A stretch of DNA of 61,952 nucleotides, filler included, from Hausera hauseri (lineage: Eukaryota): assembly GCA_046269625.1 (NCBI GenBank). It is 13 parts of 13 records of this genome, joined end to end, with 100 filler letters (N's around TTAATTAATTAA, not from the genome) between each part and the next. Parts side by side here need not be neighbours in the genome. Positions count along the whole stretch, not along the records: positions 8,540 to 12,482 come from JBJURY010868960.1; positions 12,583 to 17,130 come from JBJURY010532565.1; positions 17,231 to 21,553 come from JBJURY010635219.1; positions 21,654 to 25,921 come from JBJURY010666886.1; 9 more parts are not named here. One strand, 5' to 3'. Position numbers and translations under genes: made by a program. The notes beneath the pieces were generated by a model. That model made no database searches. It was given only the letters and a program-made list of their open reading frames with translations, and was not told the DNA's origin. This document shows, in pieces, positions 11,240 to 22,547 of the stretch. How positions within the stretch are numbered: the first letter of the stretch is position 1; the number at the start of each line of letters is the position of its first letter.

Positions 11240-12482
11240 ATGGCTAAAGCCGAACAACAGGTAGGACGAATAATAAGAATCCGAGATGAAACAGTATATT
11301 TTGAGTACCTGCAGACAGATGAAGATAACAAACAATACGATAAAAACTTAGTACCCTTCAACGGCAGTGTACCTGCTGTAATAAAACAGAAGCGTCCAAT
11401 CGGTAGACCTCGGAGAATACGAGAGAAAATCGATTATAATGGAAATTTGATCACAGAGTTAAGGCAAATGTCCATACCGACCTTCAGTACGGACAATGAG
11501 GAACTGAACGAACTGATGAAAGATTTGATACAGATCGTAAACCACTCCGGCTTCGGTGGCGATATAACAGATGAGAAAGAGAAGACCATAGCGAACGCCG
11601 CAAAGGCTATGAAGGGCCTTCGGTGTAAATTATCCAGAAGTACCTTAAGCGATGAAATAATAATCGAGAAAATTATGGTAGAAAATACCATAGAAGAATT
11701 GAGAAAAGTGTTGCTATACCTGGCCGTTAAAACTAACCCAAATCGAGAAAATAAACTCAACAAGACCACTAGCTTAGCAAGAAGGGCCGCCAGGAAACTA
11801 CCTCAACAAGTGAACTGGTCTAAGTTATTCAAAAAAGAGGAAGAACATCAGAATAGATTCTTCTTCAATAACAATAAATTCGGAGATCTACATCAGAATG
11901 TAACCGGAAATCGCAGAGGAAATGAATCGAACTGGCTAATAAACTTTCTGACCATGATGATGTTTATAAGACAAATGGGCGCAGTTACATTATACGACTG
12001 TGACAAATTTAGATTGGGCCAAAAGTATTCGTTAATGGACTTGGATGTGTGAGAAAATGCGAGGCCCCACAGATTAGAAACAAAATAGAAAGGTTATGTA
12101 TTATATCAACAACGCGAATTACTTACCTTGTACAGAGTAGAATGTATGTTGCGGCGATCTTGCAGCATTTTCCATTGTGGACAGGTACATGGGCACTCGT
12201 CAATAATTAAGCCAACAACCCCACTAATTTCGATGAATTTGGAGAGACAACATTGTAAGCAAGATAGAAAAACGGGAAAAATAAAATTGGACGGTATGTA
12301 AATGGAAATGCAGCAATGAAAAATAATCAGAGTGTATAAAGTGGCAGCAGAAAGACTAGATATGCACACTGGACATTGTGGAATACGACACCAGAAAGGG
12401 ATTAAAATCAAACATCGTAGTAGTGGATTTTTACGAAACCGAAATGCGTATACAGAAAGCGATGTTTCATAGCGTTACTAAA
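11240..12482 (+). pseudogene. ORF2 N-terminus: basic AT-hook domain, internal signal peptide and start of a chuvirus-like glycoprotein
   Basis: KRPIGRPRR at 11390-11416; hydrophobic WLINFLTMMMFIRQMGA at 11933-11983; then VTLYDC..YSLMDLDV*EN..VLYQQ..VECMLRRSCSIFHCGQVHGHSSII..RQHCKQDRKTGKI..GHCG in the same frame past point stops. Confidence 0.75.
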
Positions 12483-12583
12483 NNNNNNNNNNNNNNNNNN
12501 NNNNNNNNNNNNNNNNNNNNNNNNNNTTAATTAATTAANNNNNNNNNNNNNNNNNNNNNNNNNNNNNNNNNNNNNNNNNNNNA

Positions 12584-12706
12584 TCAGTTGAGCACCAGCA
12601 ATATACTATGATCAGTACGAGAGTCGCTTTATCATGTAATAATGAAAAGCGTAATTTGGTGCGGCGAAATGCAAATTGAGCGTACGAACATTCGAGTTTG
12701 GAATAA
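12584..12706 (+). pseudogene. Polinton-type pPolB extreme C-terminus
   Basis: HQQYTMISTRVALSCNNEKR...AYEH resembles the H.IYT....KIALS..DDKR...AYGH tail. Confidence 0.6.
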
Positions 12707-13646
12707 AACACATAAATTCTGTGCTGACGATGCAGACAGATCAAAGTGACCCATTTACTCTGAAAATTTATTGTTATCTGTGTTTTGTAAATAATGTATA
12801 TTGTTTGTTATTTTTGCCTTTTGTTTTATTATCATTTAATTTATATATGTATATATTTAACTTAATGTGAAACAATATGAAAAACAAACTAAATATTTAT
12901 TAATCATTAGCTACAATCAAAAATAAAGTAAGTCGAATCAGCGTAAACTTTCCCAGCTTCCATATTGGTGATTTAACTCAGTGAAGTTTCTTGTATCAAT
13001 TCAACTTTAATGTTAGATAGTTTTTAGCTCCTTACGGTGTAAAAACTGCTGCTGTTGTTTCTCCACCATATGAATTAACAATTTTCGTCATATTCCTTTT
13101 AGAAAAATGGACGGTGTCTCGGATATCGTCAGTCAATACCAAACCATTGCCAACTTTTTTAATTGTGTCTTCCATTATATCTAAAAAACCGTCGCTGAAC
13201 TTCGTCACCAATAGATCATATTTCGACGGTATGATTTTGATCATTTGCGTCAATGGCAATTGAATTGTGTTGCGCAGATAATGTAAGTTATATCCATTAT
13301 ACAACCTGAAATTTCTGAGCTAATATGGGGAGTTCCTTGACTTACTCACAAAACTGCCACCTGAATTGTTTTCAGAATACATTTTTGTAGACAGAGACGG
13401 AATGAAATTAAAATTTACCTCTATATACATATATTTAACAAATTGTTTTGTTTATAATGTAAACATCAGAGAATTAAGTTCGAAACTGTCTTCATACTGG
13501 TTGCTGTTAGANNNNNNNNNNTGTCCGGAAATATAACTGTGTTAAATAAACAGTAATGTCAAGGAGTATTGCCGTTTGGTCGATTAAATGATCATTTAGT
13601 AATGTCATATACCTTTTTTAAACGAAAGAGAAAAAAACACAAATAT

Positions 13647-14121
13647 TTATTTCCATGAAACATAGCCTACACACAGCAGTAAACATTTTCTGTACGCACA
13701 ATGTGGTCCATATTCACCATACGGGCATAGAATATTGTCAGGTACCATCACCAATGTTGTTGAGTTGTTCGATGTTGAATATGTCGTCATTCACAAGTCG
13801 GGAAATTGTGAGTGCAGTTGCGTAAACTTGTGACCGTTGATTTGATTTTTAAAGTAAAACATTATACTTTGGATGCCTCGCATGATACGTGATACGCAAA
13901 AGTTTCAGTTGCTTTCATGCCAATTAAGTCTATGACTATATCCTATGAGAAATCCAGTGATCATTTACGCCTTTTCTGTTAAGTGTTTCCACATAACGTT
14001 TGGCTTACATACGTATACAAGTTGTTTAAAAATGTTACAAACGTCGAAAATACAATTCCTTTATCAGGTAACGAGCATTGTTGTTTTGGAAAGCTTCAAC
14101 AGATATAAAACCGGACGCCAT
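13647..14121 (-). pseudogene. Polinton-associated accessory gene remnant (possibly exonuclease-like)
   Basis: MASGFISVEAFQNNNARYLIKELYF...HRLNWHE...CPYGEYGPHCAYRKC; pattern recalled from small Maverick accessory ORFs; frameshifted. Confidence 0.4.
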
Positions 14122-15090
14122 TATTCATTTATTTACAAATTCATCTTTTGTTTATAACATAAAAACAACTAATTATTATTATCATAAAAATCATTAAACG
14201 TAAATGGTTTTATCCACATCACAAAAACAGTCTCTTCGCGTTCAATTCGTGTGTAATTGACATAAAAAAATCCTCACCTTTCCGATAACATTATACTGAA
14301 TTTCGCCTCTTTATATCGAAGAAATACTATTTGTGCGGTTCAGTAGCACTTTCATCCGTCAAAATAATATTTACATCGTCCATTATCATTATTCCTAAAC
14401 CAGTATTAAAATTACACGTATATTTTTACTCGTTAATTGGGTTTATGAAAGAGGAACAGTAAAACAACATTTAAAAAGTACTTTAGTTATACGCAAAATC
14501 GGGCTTCTCACACCGTCTTTTTTTCTGTATCCTTGCAATTCAATGTTCAGTCGACACTTTAAATCATCCTCAGGCATATTAAACATTTCTGGACCGATAA
14601 AATCAAACATATTAATTTTTACGGCTTGTAAAACGACAGATTGTTATTGTTGGGCCGTTTCCTTCAACTTTAAATCGACGCTTAATTGACTTAAAGCATA
14701 AGTGATTTTATCCTAATTTTGATGCGAAAGCTTTTTTACATGACATTTATACGTGGTTGCCTTCAACAACACGGGATCATTCAATGAAACCTGTACGGGC
14801 GTTTTCAAAAAATGCATTTCATACTGTAAAAAAAAGTCATTTAGGTAAAAATGTAGGTGTTTGACGAGCCACCGGCATTAATTTTCGTTTCCGTCTTCCA
14901 CTATTAAACTTTTTCACTTGCCGTTTTAATAACGGTTTTGCTGATTGCCGGACAGGTTCTGTTTTGGGTTCCAGAAGTACGACATTGTCTTTCTCGTCAC
15001 CAAACAACCACGAACAATTAGAACTTTCATAATTGTCATCACTAAAAAGTGTTGTTTCATCATCGTCTTCCATAGTAGAAATGTCTAAAC

Positions 15091-17130
15091 CAGTGGTTCC
15101 CAAACTTTTTAAAGTCACGACCCACTATTGATGACTCCAGCTTATGGCGACCCACATAACTTTACTGTGTAAAAATATTAATGAAGGAAATAAATTTATT
15201 TTAAGTTACATTTTTATTGGGGCCCATGATAAAGATGAGCCTGTTTCTTGCATTGTTTCATAATGGACTTGACATCAACTTCAATGTGCCATAATTTCAG
15301 ACGTAAAGAGTTTGAGAGTTGCAGTTTATTCCAAAATTTGCTTTTAATCGAAACCATTGATGAAAGTCGAACCTCACAGTTATAAGATGACGCGAAACGG
15401 ATAAGTACTTTTAATGCTTCGGTAGAAATGATTGGGTATTGGGTATTGTACCAATTATCTGGTGTTGAAATTCATTTCGAAGGATGAATTTTTTTATAAA
15501 TCAATAAGTTATTCGTCAGATATTGATATCCCAGTCATCGTAGCAGACTGGAAGGGGCTCACTATCCATCTTTTCTGCTACATAGTATTCATCTCTTCAT
15601 GAAAATATAATTTAAAACTTTCTTTTAGCTTATACAAGTGTTCAGATACCTCGATGATTATACCATCATCTACTTTTGCTTCAGTCTCTATTACAAACGT
15701 TTGTAATGTTTCAAAACAATGATAATTTCGGTTTTCAATACAATTTTTCCACAGAACAATTTTTTTCACAAAAGTTCGAATTTTTCCATGAACTGCGAAT
15801 ATGGTACCTTCTGTTCCTTGTAAGTACAAATTCAGATCGTTTAATCTTGAAAAATGTCTGCCAAATACGCGAGCCTCAGAGAAAATTCGTCGTCCCACAA
15901 GTATTTCTCAAAATTGTATTTACTTTTAGAAATATAGCAACTTCTTCGCGAAGTTCTGCCAGTCTCGTTAGCACTTTGCCTCTAGAGAACCATTGTATTT
16001 CAGTGTGCAGAAGAAGAGATTTATGATTGCTTCCCATCTCTTCGCACAAGTTCTGAAATAAGGGTGATTGCAAAGGCATTGACTTGATGAAGTTCACTAT
16101 TTTGACGGCAATCTTTAAAACATTTTTAAAATCATCAGATGTGTATTTTGATACTAAAGCTGCCTGAGAAGGTTGCAATGAATCCATGATGCGTTGAGAT
16201 TAAGTTCAAGTATTCTGGTCACCACACCACTGTTTCTACCACACACAGCCCGTGCGCCGTCCGTACATATTCCTATACATTTATGCCAATCAAGGCCTTT
16301 TTTTTCTGATGTAAGTATCAACAATATTAAAATTTTCATCGCTGGTGCTTTGACTGATTGGTTCACATAAGAACATATCTTCATGAGGTTCGGAGTTCCA
16401 TACATAACGTACAAAACAAGTAATTGGCACAGACCCTGTACGTCAGTAGATTTATCGAGTTGTAAAGAAAAAAAAAGGACTTTCAAAAACTCATTCAATA
16501 AGTCGACTTTCTACCCATTGAGACATTTCATCGATCCTACGCGTGTCTGTGTTATTAGATATAGAAATTGATTCAATTTATTGTCCACTCTTATTACCAA
16601 AGGAGACTTTAACGGCATTTTTTATAGCTGGAAGAATTAAAGTTTCACCTATTGTGTGTTTGGACGCATAATTTGCTTTTCAAGTTGTTCGTAAGAAATA
16701 ACGCATCGTGGTCTTGGATTTTCGTCATCTCCATTCCATGTAAACCCCATTTTAAGTACTGGTAATCATACCTTCTCAGTACTTTTCTTCGCTTTGTCTG
16801 ACTTCGTATTGATTCACTTGACTTCCTTTTGTTTCGATTCACTGGAGACTCATCTTCATCAATTTCAACTGACCTTTTAAACCATTTATCTATTATATGG
16901 AGTGAGTAAATACGAAAATAATCAGATTCAGAATTATAGACAATTTGTACTCACTGATCGATTTTATTGAATTAATTAAGATACAACGCTTCAGCTCACG
17001 AAAAGAAACGTCGATTCTATACAATCAAAGTGCTGCTGTTCAAACCGCTTATCGGTTCCAATCATTTCCAATCATGACATAGGACTTCCTCTTTTTACGA
17101 TTACGAATGAATAACCTGAGTGAATGATCA
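15091..17130 (-). mobile_element. hAT (Buster/Charlie, ZBED5-like) transposon with pseudogenised transposase (about 15225-16890)
   Basis: TIR CAGTGGTTCCCAAACT at 15091 preceded by 8-mer GTCTAAAC (nnnTAnnn target). Motifs RRYDYQYLKWG (BED start), FSLQLDKSTDV, ICTDGARA, WIHC, LLHTEIQWFSRGKVL, LNDLNLYLQG. Other end lost at spacer. Confidence 0.9.
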
Positions 17131-18118
17131 NNNNNNNNNNNNNNNNNNNNNNNNNNNNNNNNNNNNNNNNNNNNTTAATTAATTAANNNNNNNNNNNNNN
17201 NNNNNNNNNNNNNNNNNNNNNNNNNNNNNNCCAGCATACAGAGAACCAGGTCTCCTCACCTCCAGCCGCTAATGACATATTACCATTAAACCTAACAAGA
17301 TGCATTTGAAACGTCAGCAAAATCATTTATATTCATTATCTCCAGCAGGAATAGAGATGTAATGCACACGGTCGGGTTTTAATGGGAAGCAGGACATTTA
17401 CTGATTAATAGAGAGGGTGATGACCTTTTAGGAGGCTCATAATGACCGATAATGACTACCTAAAATAAAATTATAACCTGGATTTATTGAAATCAAAACC
17501 AACTGCACATAATGAACTTCTTCCTTTCAAGTGCAATCTCTTTGCTTACCACAGGGCCGTGCTGTAGCTCTATGCCAGTTCCCGCTGCCGCTTCCCAGAT
17601 CCCCACCTACTGCAGATTTATTCATTTACCCTCGAGTTGCCTTCAATATATTATTCATTTGCAGCTCCAAGGTCTCCTGAAATGAAAACAAGCTGGCATT
17701 GTTATGTTCTCTCTGCAGTTCCATTAAGCATAATGCAAAGGACCTGCTGGCTTTCACTGGCAGCAGACAGTCCAGCTCAACAGCCAGTTCGGATTCATAC
17801 CAAAGCTGTTTTCTGTGAGGTAAGTAAACAGGGAGGCTGAGGTACCCACAGTGTTTTTTATTTCAACATAATTTGTCACAAGATCGCGTGACAACAAAGG
17901 AAGTGTTCGATTACATACTCCACAGACTGGAGGTAGTGAATCACACACGGCGGGTATCAAGAGGTTTTAATAAATCGGTGTCTCTGTCCCATTAGAACGC
18001 ATTATCTCCCCACCTCACGTCCCGACGCAATTTTGTTTCTTCGAATATTTTGTTTATCAATTACTTTAAGTTTCGTTTGGAACTATCAATAAATTTTGGA
18101 CCGATTTATAAACAACTT

Positions 18119-19066
18119 TACCTTTGCCAGTTGAACACCTAACAAATATTAAAAATTTAATATTGCTAATAGGAAGCTGTATAAATGAATTTGCAGCAAC
18201 ATTCATATGAAATATAATAAAATAAATATTTGTTTACCTAAATTACAAAATTTTTAAAATGAGCGCGTGATTTTAATTCATTAATTTCAAAATATAATTT
18301 GTTTTCACATAAATTGCTACCAAAATGCCGAAAAATACTGTTTGATATACGAATGAGGGAACTAATAATGGGCAAAGTCAACCAAGGGAGAAGTTATCGT
18401 GATATTCTTAGTCAGCTTGATGTTTCTATCGCCTGTATATCAAAAATTGTGAAGCAGTTCAAGAATAACGGGGATTTGAAGAATAAATTTGGAAAGTGTG
18501 GGAGGAAGACAATTCTTTCCAAAAGGGCAGAACGAGCTTTGGTGGTGGAAGTAGGGAGAAATCCAACAGTAACAAGTGAATATTTAAAGATAATGTTACG
18601 CGATGAGCTTGGCATTCATATTACTAGTCAAAGTGCGCAATAATCTAATAAAATTAGGTTTTTGTAATTCACCCGTGGTTGAAAAGCCGCTTCTGACAGC
18701 ACGGCACAGAAAGCTGTGTCTAGCCTTTGATAAACGTTATGTTAATCACCCGCTAGAGTTCTGGAAACCGCAATATTTCGGATCGTTAGCTTTGTCCATG
18801 ACCTCCAGACTGAAAGAGTGTATTAAGGAACGTGGAAGCCAAACATTGTATTGACTAAGTACCTAAATTTATTGTGTATTTTAATGTCTTCAACTCGTTT
18901 TATATGGTTCGTGTGTTCTATGAAAATATACGTCATTTTTGTAATTTAGATAAACAAATATTTATTATATTTCATGAATGTTGCAGCAAATTTATAAAGC
19001 TTTCTATTTACAATTATATTAAATTTGTTTGAAATTTGTTAAGTGTTAACTACTTTTTGGGGTATA
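18119..19066 (+). mobile_element. Tc1-like transposon, internally deleted (DNA-binding domain kept, DDE domain missing)
   Basis: About 130-bp imperfect TIRs (18119-18250 vs 18935-19066); GRSYRDI..SIACISKIVKQFK..GRKTILS HTH; jumps from LEFWK straight to the C-terminal SMTSRLKECIKERGSQTLY. Confidence 0.85.
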
Positions 19067-19603
19067 GCACATAATGCTTTATATTATTTTATGTTTGAAA
19101 AGCAACGGAATTATGTGGACTAACAAGGAAACGAATTTTACTTTAAATCTTGTTTTTTGTAACGAACAATTAAAGGAACAAATTATAATGCTTATTAATA
19201 ATATGAAAAAAAAATTTGCCAAGGAGGCTAAAATAACCACATATAATTTATATTTCGTCAAAACTTAAAGGAAACGATATAAATTGAATTTTAAAAGAAT
19301 TCTTAAACGCAATGGGGGATACTTGAACAAGTGCGAAATGCTGTTACGTATAAAGGTTCCAAAATGCGTTATTTTGGATTTCTTGGCAATATTTTACATA
19401 TTAATTGGCATTATATTCTGCATATCTCTGACTACTTGTTAAAAAAGCCCAGCTTTACAGTAAAATTCGTTTAATTCTAAATATTTATTCGTAATTTATA
19501 ATTTTATTTTAAAATTCTGAAGGATAAATAGGTATATCAAAATATGTAAAAATTAAGCCAATTATAAAATTGTTATTTCAAGTATCATTTGACACAGATA
19601 AAC

Positions 19604-20870
19604 AGTAGGTAGATAGGGGCACATAAGCACAGACCCCCCCTGCAGAAAAAAAATTCATCTGGTTTGCGGATGAGTCATGGGGTAGAAAAACGGGGCACAC
19701 ACACGCTTAACAGGGCAGAGATAGGAGACAGTCACAAAGTGGATACACACAAGCAAGTGTACTGCATGCTTTTAGGTACGTTTAAAATTTGAATTTCGCC
19801 AAAAAAATTTTTTTGTTTTAATTTTGTTGGTAGGTTATAAATATAGGCTTTAAAATCAGATGAATGTGAAATGCCCGAGGCAATTGACTCAAAAACATTG
19901 TCCAGTTTCAAAATGCGAATTACCGCTGCTTCAGTATTGATACAGTTGAAAGAAGAAATTCACGGAGCATTGAATGAAGTGAAAAACTTGTTCATAACAA
20001 ATGACGATCTTCAGTATGTTGCACCAGAGATATTGTTGGAAGTGATATGAAACAGATTGGTTAATGTCAGTCCAATGATCCGTAAAATAATTAGAATGGT
20101 GGAAGAATTGCAAAGCAATCAGAATGAACTGAAGAATGTAATTAATGCCTTTACTAAATATGGTCAATGATTTTTTGTAATATAATAAATCTTGTATTCA
20201 GTAACTTGTTTTTTTATTGTTATAGAACACAAAACAAAATTTTTATTATAACAGTTTATTAATAAATACACTAAACATGTAAGTCTTTTACATTATCTTC
20301 GTTCCATCTCTTTCGCACCAACATTCATTAAGATATCATAAATAATCATACATCGAGTGAATAATTCAATATGATCTCGAACACTTGTTGGTAATTTGGC
20401 TTCAGGCATAATTCTTGATTTGTGAAATATACCACTTTCAATTGTATCAATTAATTGTTTAAGAATATTGGTAATATCGAAATCTTTTTCATAAGTGTCA
20501 ATTTCAGTAGCATAGGAATTAGACTTATATATCATTGCTAGGTGATTCACAATCACTCTTTTTTCTCATCTGAACTTTAATCATTTGTTTATTCACAATC
20601 CTATTAAAATAATTAAATAGAATATATTGAACGTGAAAAATATACGCTTATCAGAGGAGACTGACATTCTTCAATTACATCATCTGATTTATCCGCAACA
20701 GTTTTATCTATAATTTCATCATCAATTATTGTACCATCGTTTTGTTCATCTGGGTCGACAGTTACTACTTTACCATTGTCAACATCTAATCGAAGGCAGC
20801 ACGGTTTGTATTCCACAGTAAAAATGATTTTCCAACGGCTAAGTATAGTAATACTAAATTTCATCAACAT
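19604..20870. mobile_element. Probable Polinton-like left terminus followed by small intronless ORF remnants
   Basis: Starts AGTAGGTAGATAGGGGCAC..CCCCCCC, like the termini at 22547, 47120 and 50950; followed by short convergent ORFs with AATAAA signals. Confidence 0.45.
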
Positions 20871-21014
20871 GCTATATTCTTATTGGTTGAAAATAAATAT
20901 AAATAGAAGTGAGTTTTTATAAATGAAAGTTAGTAGGAGGAAAATGACGGTTCTTTCCCACCTACCCCCGGTGGCGGGGTAATCGATAAATCGATTTTGC
21001 GCATGTGCCGATAG

Positions 21015-21119
21015 ATAGTGCACATTGCATAATCGATCCATAAAGTGCCTAGCAACGGTGCCGCTAGGCACCGTTGCTAAGGGCACTTTTCACATATCGA
21101 TCGCTGCACAGTGCACTAT
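21015..21119. repeat. Nested imperfect palindrome/hairpin
   Basis: TAGCAACGGTGCC-GCTA-GGCACCGTTGCTA perfect 13-bp stem (21050-21079), extended by AAGTGCC/GGCACTT, ATCGAT/ATCGAT and ATAGTGCAC/GTGCACTAT. Confidence 0.85.
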
Positions 21120-21653
21120 TGATGGAATCGATCGGGACAAAGTGCTAATCGATAGAGCACGTCAAGATGCATCAAGTGGTGCACAGTGCAAGTGTGCAGC
21201 ACATGTACAAGTGTGCAAAAATCAATAATATTGGATTTTCGAGATTTTGAAAATCGATCTTTAGAGCTCAAGACCGGGTGCAATGGGTAGTGCACTTGAC
21301 GTTGTATGTGAATGTGCAGTTAGAATTTAAATCGATTTATTGGTTTTCGAATAATTCGCAAGTTGGACCGAAGGCACATAGGCGTTTCCGCTATAAATTT
21401 TAAATCAATTATATCAAAATGTCACATATACATATGTGTGCAGTAGGCGATGCACTTTCAACCAGTGTACAAATCAAGTGTTCATTGATTATTGATCTGT
21501 GTGCAGGAGCACTTTTTCATTTTACGCACTTTTGCAATTGTGCAGCGTAGAAANNNNNNNNNNNNNNNNNNNNNNNNNNNNNNNNNNNNNNNNNNNNTTA
21601 ATTAATTAANNNNNNNNNNNNNNNNNNNNNNNNNNNNNNNNNNNNNNNNNNNN

Positions 21654-21854
21654 CAAACCGACTTACAGTTTGACAGTTACCTGCAGGCGTATGAAACTGG
21701 TTGCGGCACTATGGTGGATCAGGAACGAATTGGTAGTAAAAACCACCAATTGATGACAATTCAGACAACAAAGAAAGCACTAGACCCGTTTGATGACAAA
21801 CGCTGCTGGATTGATAAAAATCACAGTGTTGCTTACGGGCATTATTGTATATAA
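21654..21854 (+). CDS. Polinton pPolB C-terminus (intact tail, cut by spacer)
   Basis: QFDSYLQAY...RIGSKNHQLMTIQTTKKALDPFDDKRCWIDKNHSVAYGHYCI* followed by AATAAA. Confidence 0.85.
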   Translation, partial: QTDLQFDSYLQAYETGCGTMVDQERIGSKNHQLMTIQTTKKALDPFDDKRCWIDKNHSVAYGHYCI

Positions 21855-22320
21855 TAAATATTTTCAGTCTTACTACTTGTTTTTTAAATAGGTTTCATTT
21901 ACACCGTTTTCATAACATAAAAAGGTTAAAAACATTTATTTACGAACAAAACGTGATAAAAATATTACAACTGCACCAGTAAGTATACTACATACAAGTA
22001 AAACATTTCTCTGTCTTCTTCTAAATTCCTCTTTAATCTCTGTCATCAGTATCGAACGAACAACAAGTTCGACATAATCTTTCTTTGATAAATAGTATTC
22101 ATTCTCCAGTTCATTAAGAAATTGAACACCATCTATTTTCCCACTGCATATTTCATCTGTCAATCGCTTAATTTCACTTTGTAAATCTATTTTCTAAACA
22201 TATAGATAATTTAGAACAGATTTAAAAACATATAGATAATTTAGAACAGATTTAAAAACATACCATTTGTCGTTTTATTTTAAAATGTTTTTTACACACC
22301 TTTATTTATACCCACTAGCC

Positions 22321-22547
22321 AAAAGGAGGTGGGAATAGTGAAACCCCGACTGAACCAAAATTAAAACAAAAATGACATGGCACCAATTGGTCAGTTTTCC
22401 TGCTCTCTGATTGGTCAATACGAAATTTTTTCCTCCTCTCTGATTGGTAAATCTCATTTATTCTTCCCCTTCCTGCTCTCTGATTGGTCAATCAGAGAAT
22501 TTTTCCTTCCGGGGGGGGTTGGTTCCATGCGCTCACTTCCATCTACT
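22321..22547. repeat. Polinton-like right terminal repeat ending ...CTACT
   Basis: GTGGGAATAGTGAAACC motif shared with 46928-46940, repeated CTCTCTGATTGGT (CCAAT) boxes, G-run, terminal CTACT (AGTAG on the minus strand), 700 bp after pPolB. Confidence 0.7.

Noticed and set aside
12483-21653. One continuous Polinton or retroelement spanning several contigs
   Set aside because: Spacers separate the pieces and the pPolB tails are different sequences; order across spacers is unsupported.
22444-22547. N-terminus of ORF 22444-23037
   Set aside because: These codons are read-through of the Polinton-like TIR; glycoprotein similarity starts at 22548.
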